A stretch of 64,000 nucleotides of DNA from Mobula hypostoma (taxonomy: Eukaryota): contig NC_086097.1 in the NCBI RefSeq assembly GCF_963921235.1, forward strand, positions 91,948,001 through 92,012,000, given 5' to 3'. The position numbers and the translations under genes are program-made. This document shows, in pieces, positions 62,395-64,000 of the stretch. Within the stretch, counting starts at the first letter, position 1, and each line of letters begins with the position of its first letter. The notes below the pieces were generated by a model. It was not told where the DNA came from. It saw nothing but the letters and a program-made list of their open reading frames with translations, and did no database searches.

Positions 62395-63755
62395 CAAGAA
62401 TGATGTTATTCCATTATTCAAGAAGTGAAATAGGAATAATCTTGTAAATTATAGGCCAGTGTCTCATGCCAGTGGTAGGGAAATTGTTGGAGAGGATTTT
62501 TAGGGATAGGTTTTATGAGCACTTGGAAAACTGTACCTTAATAAGAACAGTCAGCATAGCTTTGTGTGGGGCAAGTCATGTCTTGCTAACCTGACTGAGT
62601 TTTTTCCAGGAGCTATGGATGTTGAAAAGGTCCCTCTTGGATGGCTCTTACAGAAAATTAGGATGGATGGGATTCACAGTAAATGGACTGTTTTGATTCC
62701 GAATTGGCTTGCCTGTAGAAAACTGAGGATAGCAGTTGATGGGGCTTCTTCTGGCTGGATGTCTGTACCTAGTGGTGTTCTGCATAGATCTGCACTGGAC
62801 CTCTGGTGATTGTGATATATGTATGACTTGGATGAAAATGTAGATGGGTAGTCAGTACGTGTGCAGATGATCTGAAGATTGGGGGTGTTGTGGATAGTGT
62901 CAAAGACTGTCAAATGATTCAGTGGGATATAGATCAGTTGCAGGTATGGGTAGATAAATAGCAGATGGAGTTTAACCTGGCTAAGTGCAAAGTGTGGCAG
63001 TTTGGGAGATGAAATATAAATGGACAGTACACTATTAATGGCAAGACCCTTAAGAGCATTGATGGATGGGCAGAGGGATCCTGGGGTCCAAGTCCATAGC
63101 TCCTAGATAGTGGCTACATAGTTTGATAGGGTGATAAGAAGGCATGTAGCATGCTTACTTTTATTAGTCAAGAGTCAGGAAGTTATGTGGCAGCTTTATA
63201 AAACTCTGGCTAGGCCAGATCTGGAATACTGCATTTAATTCTTCTTGTCCCAACACAGGAACGCTGGAGAGGCTGCAGAAAAGGCTTACTGGGATGCTGT
63301 CTGGATTGGAGGGCATTGCTAAAAGGAGAGGTTGAACAAACCTGGGTTTTTTCTCTGAGGCAGCAGAGGCTGAGGGGAGAAATGACAGAAGATTATGAGA
63401 GGCATAGATAGAGCATGCAGCCAGTATCTTTTTCCCAAGGTTGAAATGTCTAATGCCAGAGGGTATACATTTAAGGTGAGAGGGATTAAGTTCAATAGAG
63501 ATGTACTGGCAAAGTTTTTATACACAGAATGGAGGATGCTTGGAATGCACTGCCTGTGATGTTGTGGAGACAAATATAATGGAAGCCTTTAAGAAACTTT
63601 TAGATCGGCACATGAATGTGCAGGAAATGGAAGGATATAGATATAATGTAGGCAGAAGCGATTAGTTCAATTGGGCATTTGATTACTAATTTAATTGGCT
63701 CAGGACAACATTGTGAGCCAAAGGGTCTGTTCCTGTACTGTACCTATGTTCTGTT
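62395..63755 (+). mobile_element. Degraded CR1 RT and 3' end
   Basis: GKSCLANLTEFF, SGWMSVPSGV and LYKTLARPDLEYC remnants; ctatgttct tail. Confidence 0.85.
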
Positions 63756-64000
63756 AGTATAATAATTAACAGTGACTCAATGGGCAAATGTTTCCACTCC
63801 TTATCAGTTCTTTGACAAAGAGGATCATGAAGGGTTTTATGAGAGTGAATAAACAAAACAATTTCTGGTTGATGACCAGAGGAGATTGACGAGAGTGGAA
63901 AAAGACCAGAAGGAAATAAAAACGAAGCAGCTATTTATGGTAATGCCTACATTACCATTGTGAGGACATTTCAAAGTACTTAATTAATCGTTGAGCACTT

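Overview
Eukaryotic, repeat-dense vertebrate genomic DNA, not prokaryotic. The repeat set (V-SINE/HE1-type SINEs, CR1, Rex1/Babar, Penelope, R4/Dong, Tigger) suggests a cartilaginous fish, probably a ray; this is an inference. Almost all short ORFs in the track are transposon debris or noise. The only host-gene exon I recognise is a GC-rich coding exon of inositol-trisphosphate 3-kinase A (ITPKA, 38160-38633, +), followed by >25 kb of presumed intron. Top finding: a three-level nest at 47.8-53.0 kb. A hAT/Charlie transposon is interrupted by a two-LTR Gypsy element whose RT-RNaseH-integrase region is replaced by an intron-less, pseudogenised fragment of the host splicing-factor mRNA RBM25, i.e. 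apparent host-gene capture by an LTR retrotransposon. Other findings: minimal hammerhead ribozymes in Penelope termini, including a perfect 130-bp tandem pair; a CpG-rich Harbinger element carrying a probable Myb-ORF remnant; and three local inverted duplications or conversion tracts revealed by shared junctions or shared inactivating lesions. Family and gene assignments are from recalled motifs, not database searches. Boundaries are approximate unless a TSD or TIR is quoted.
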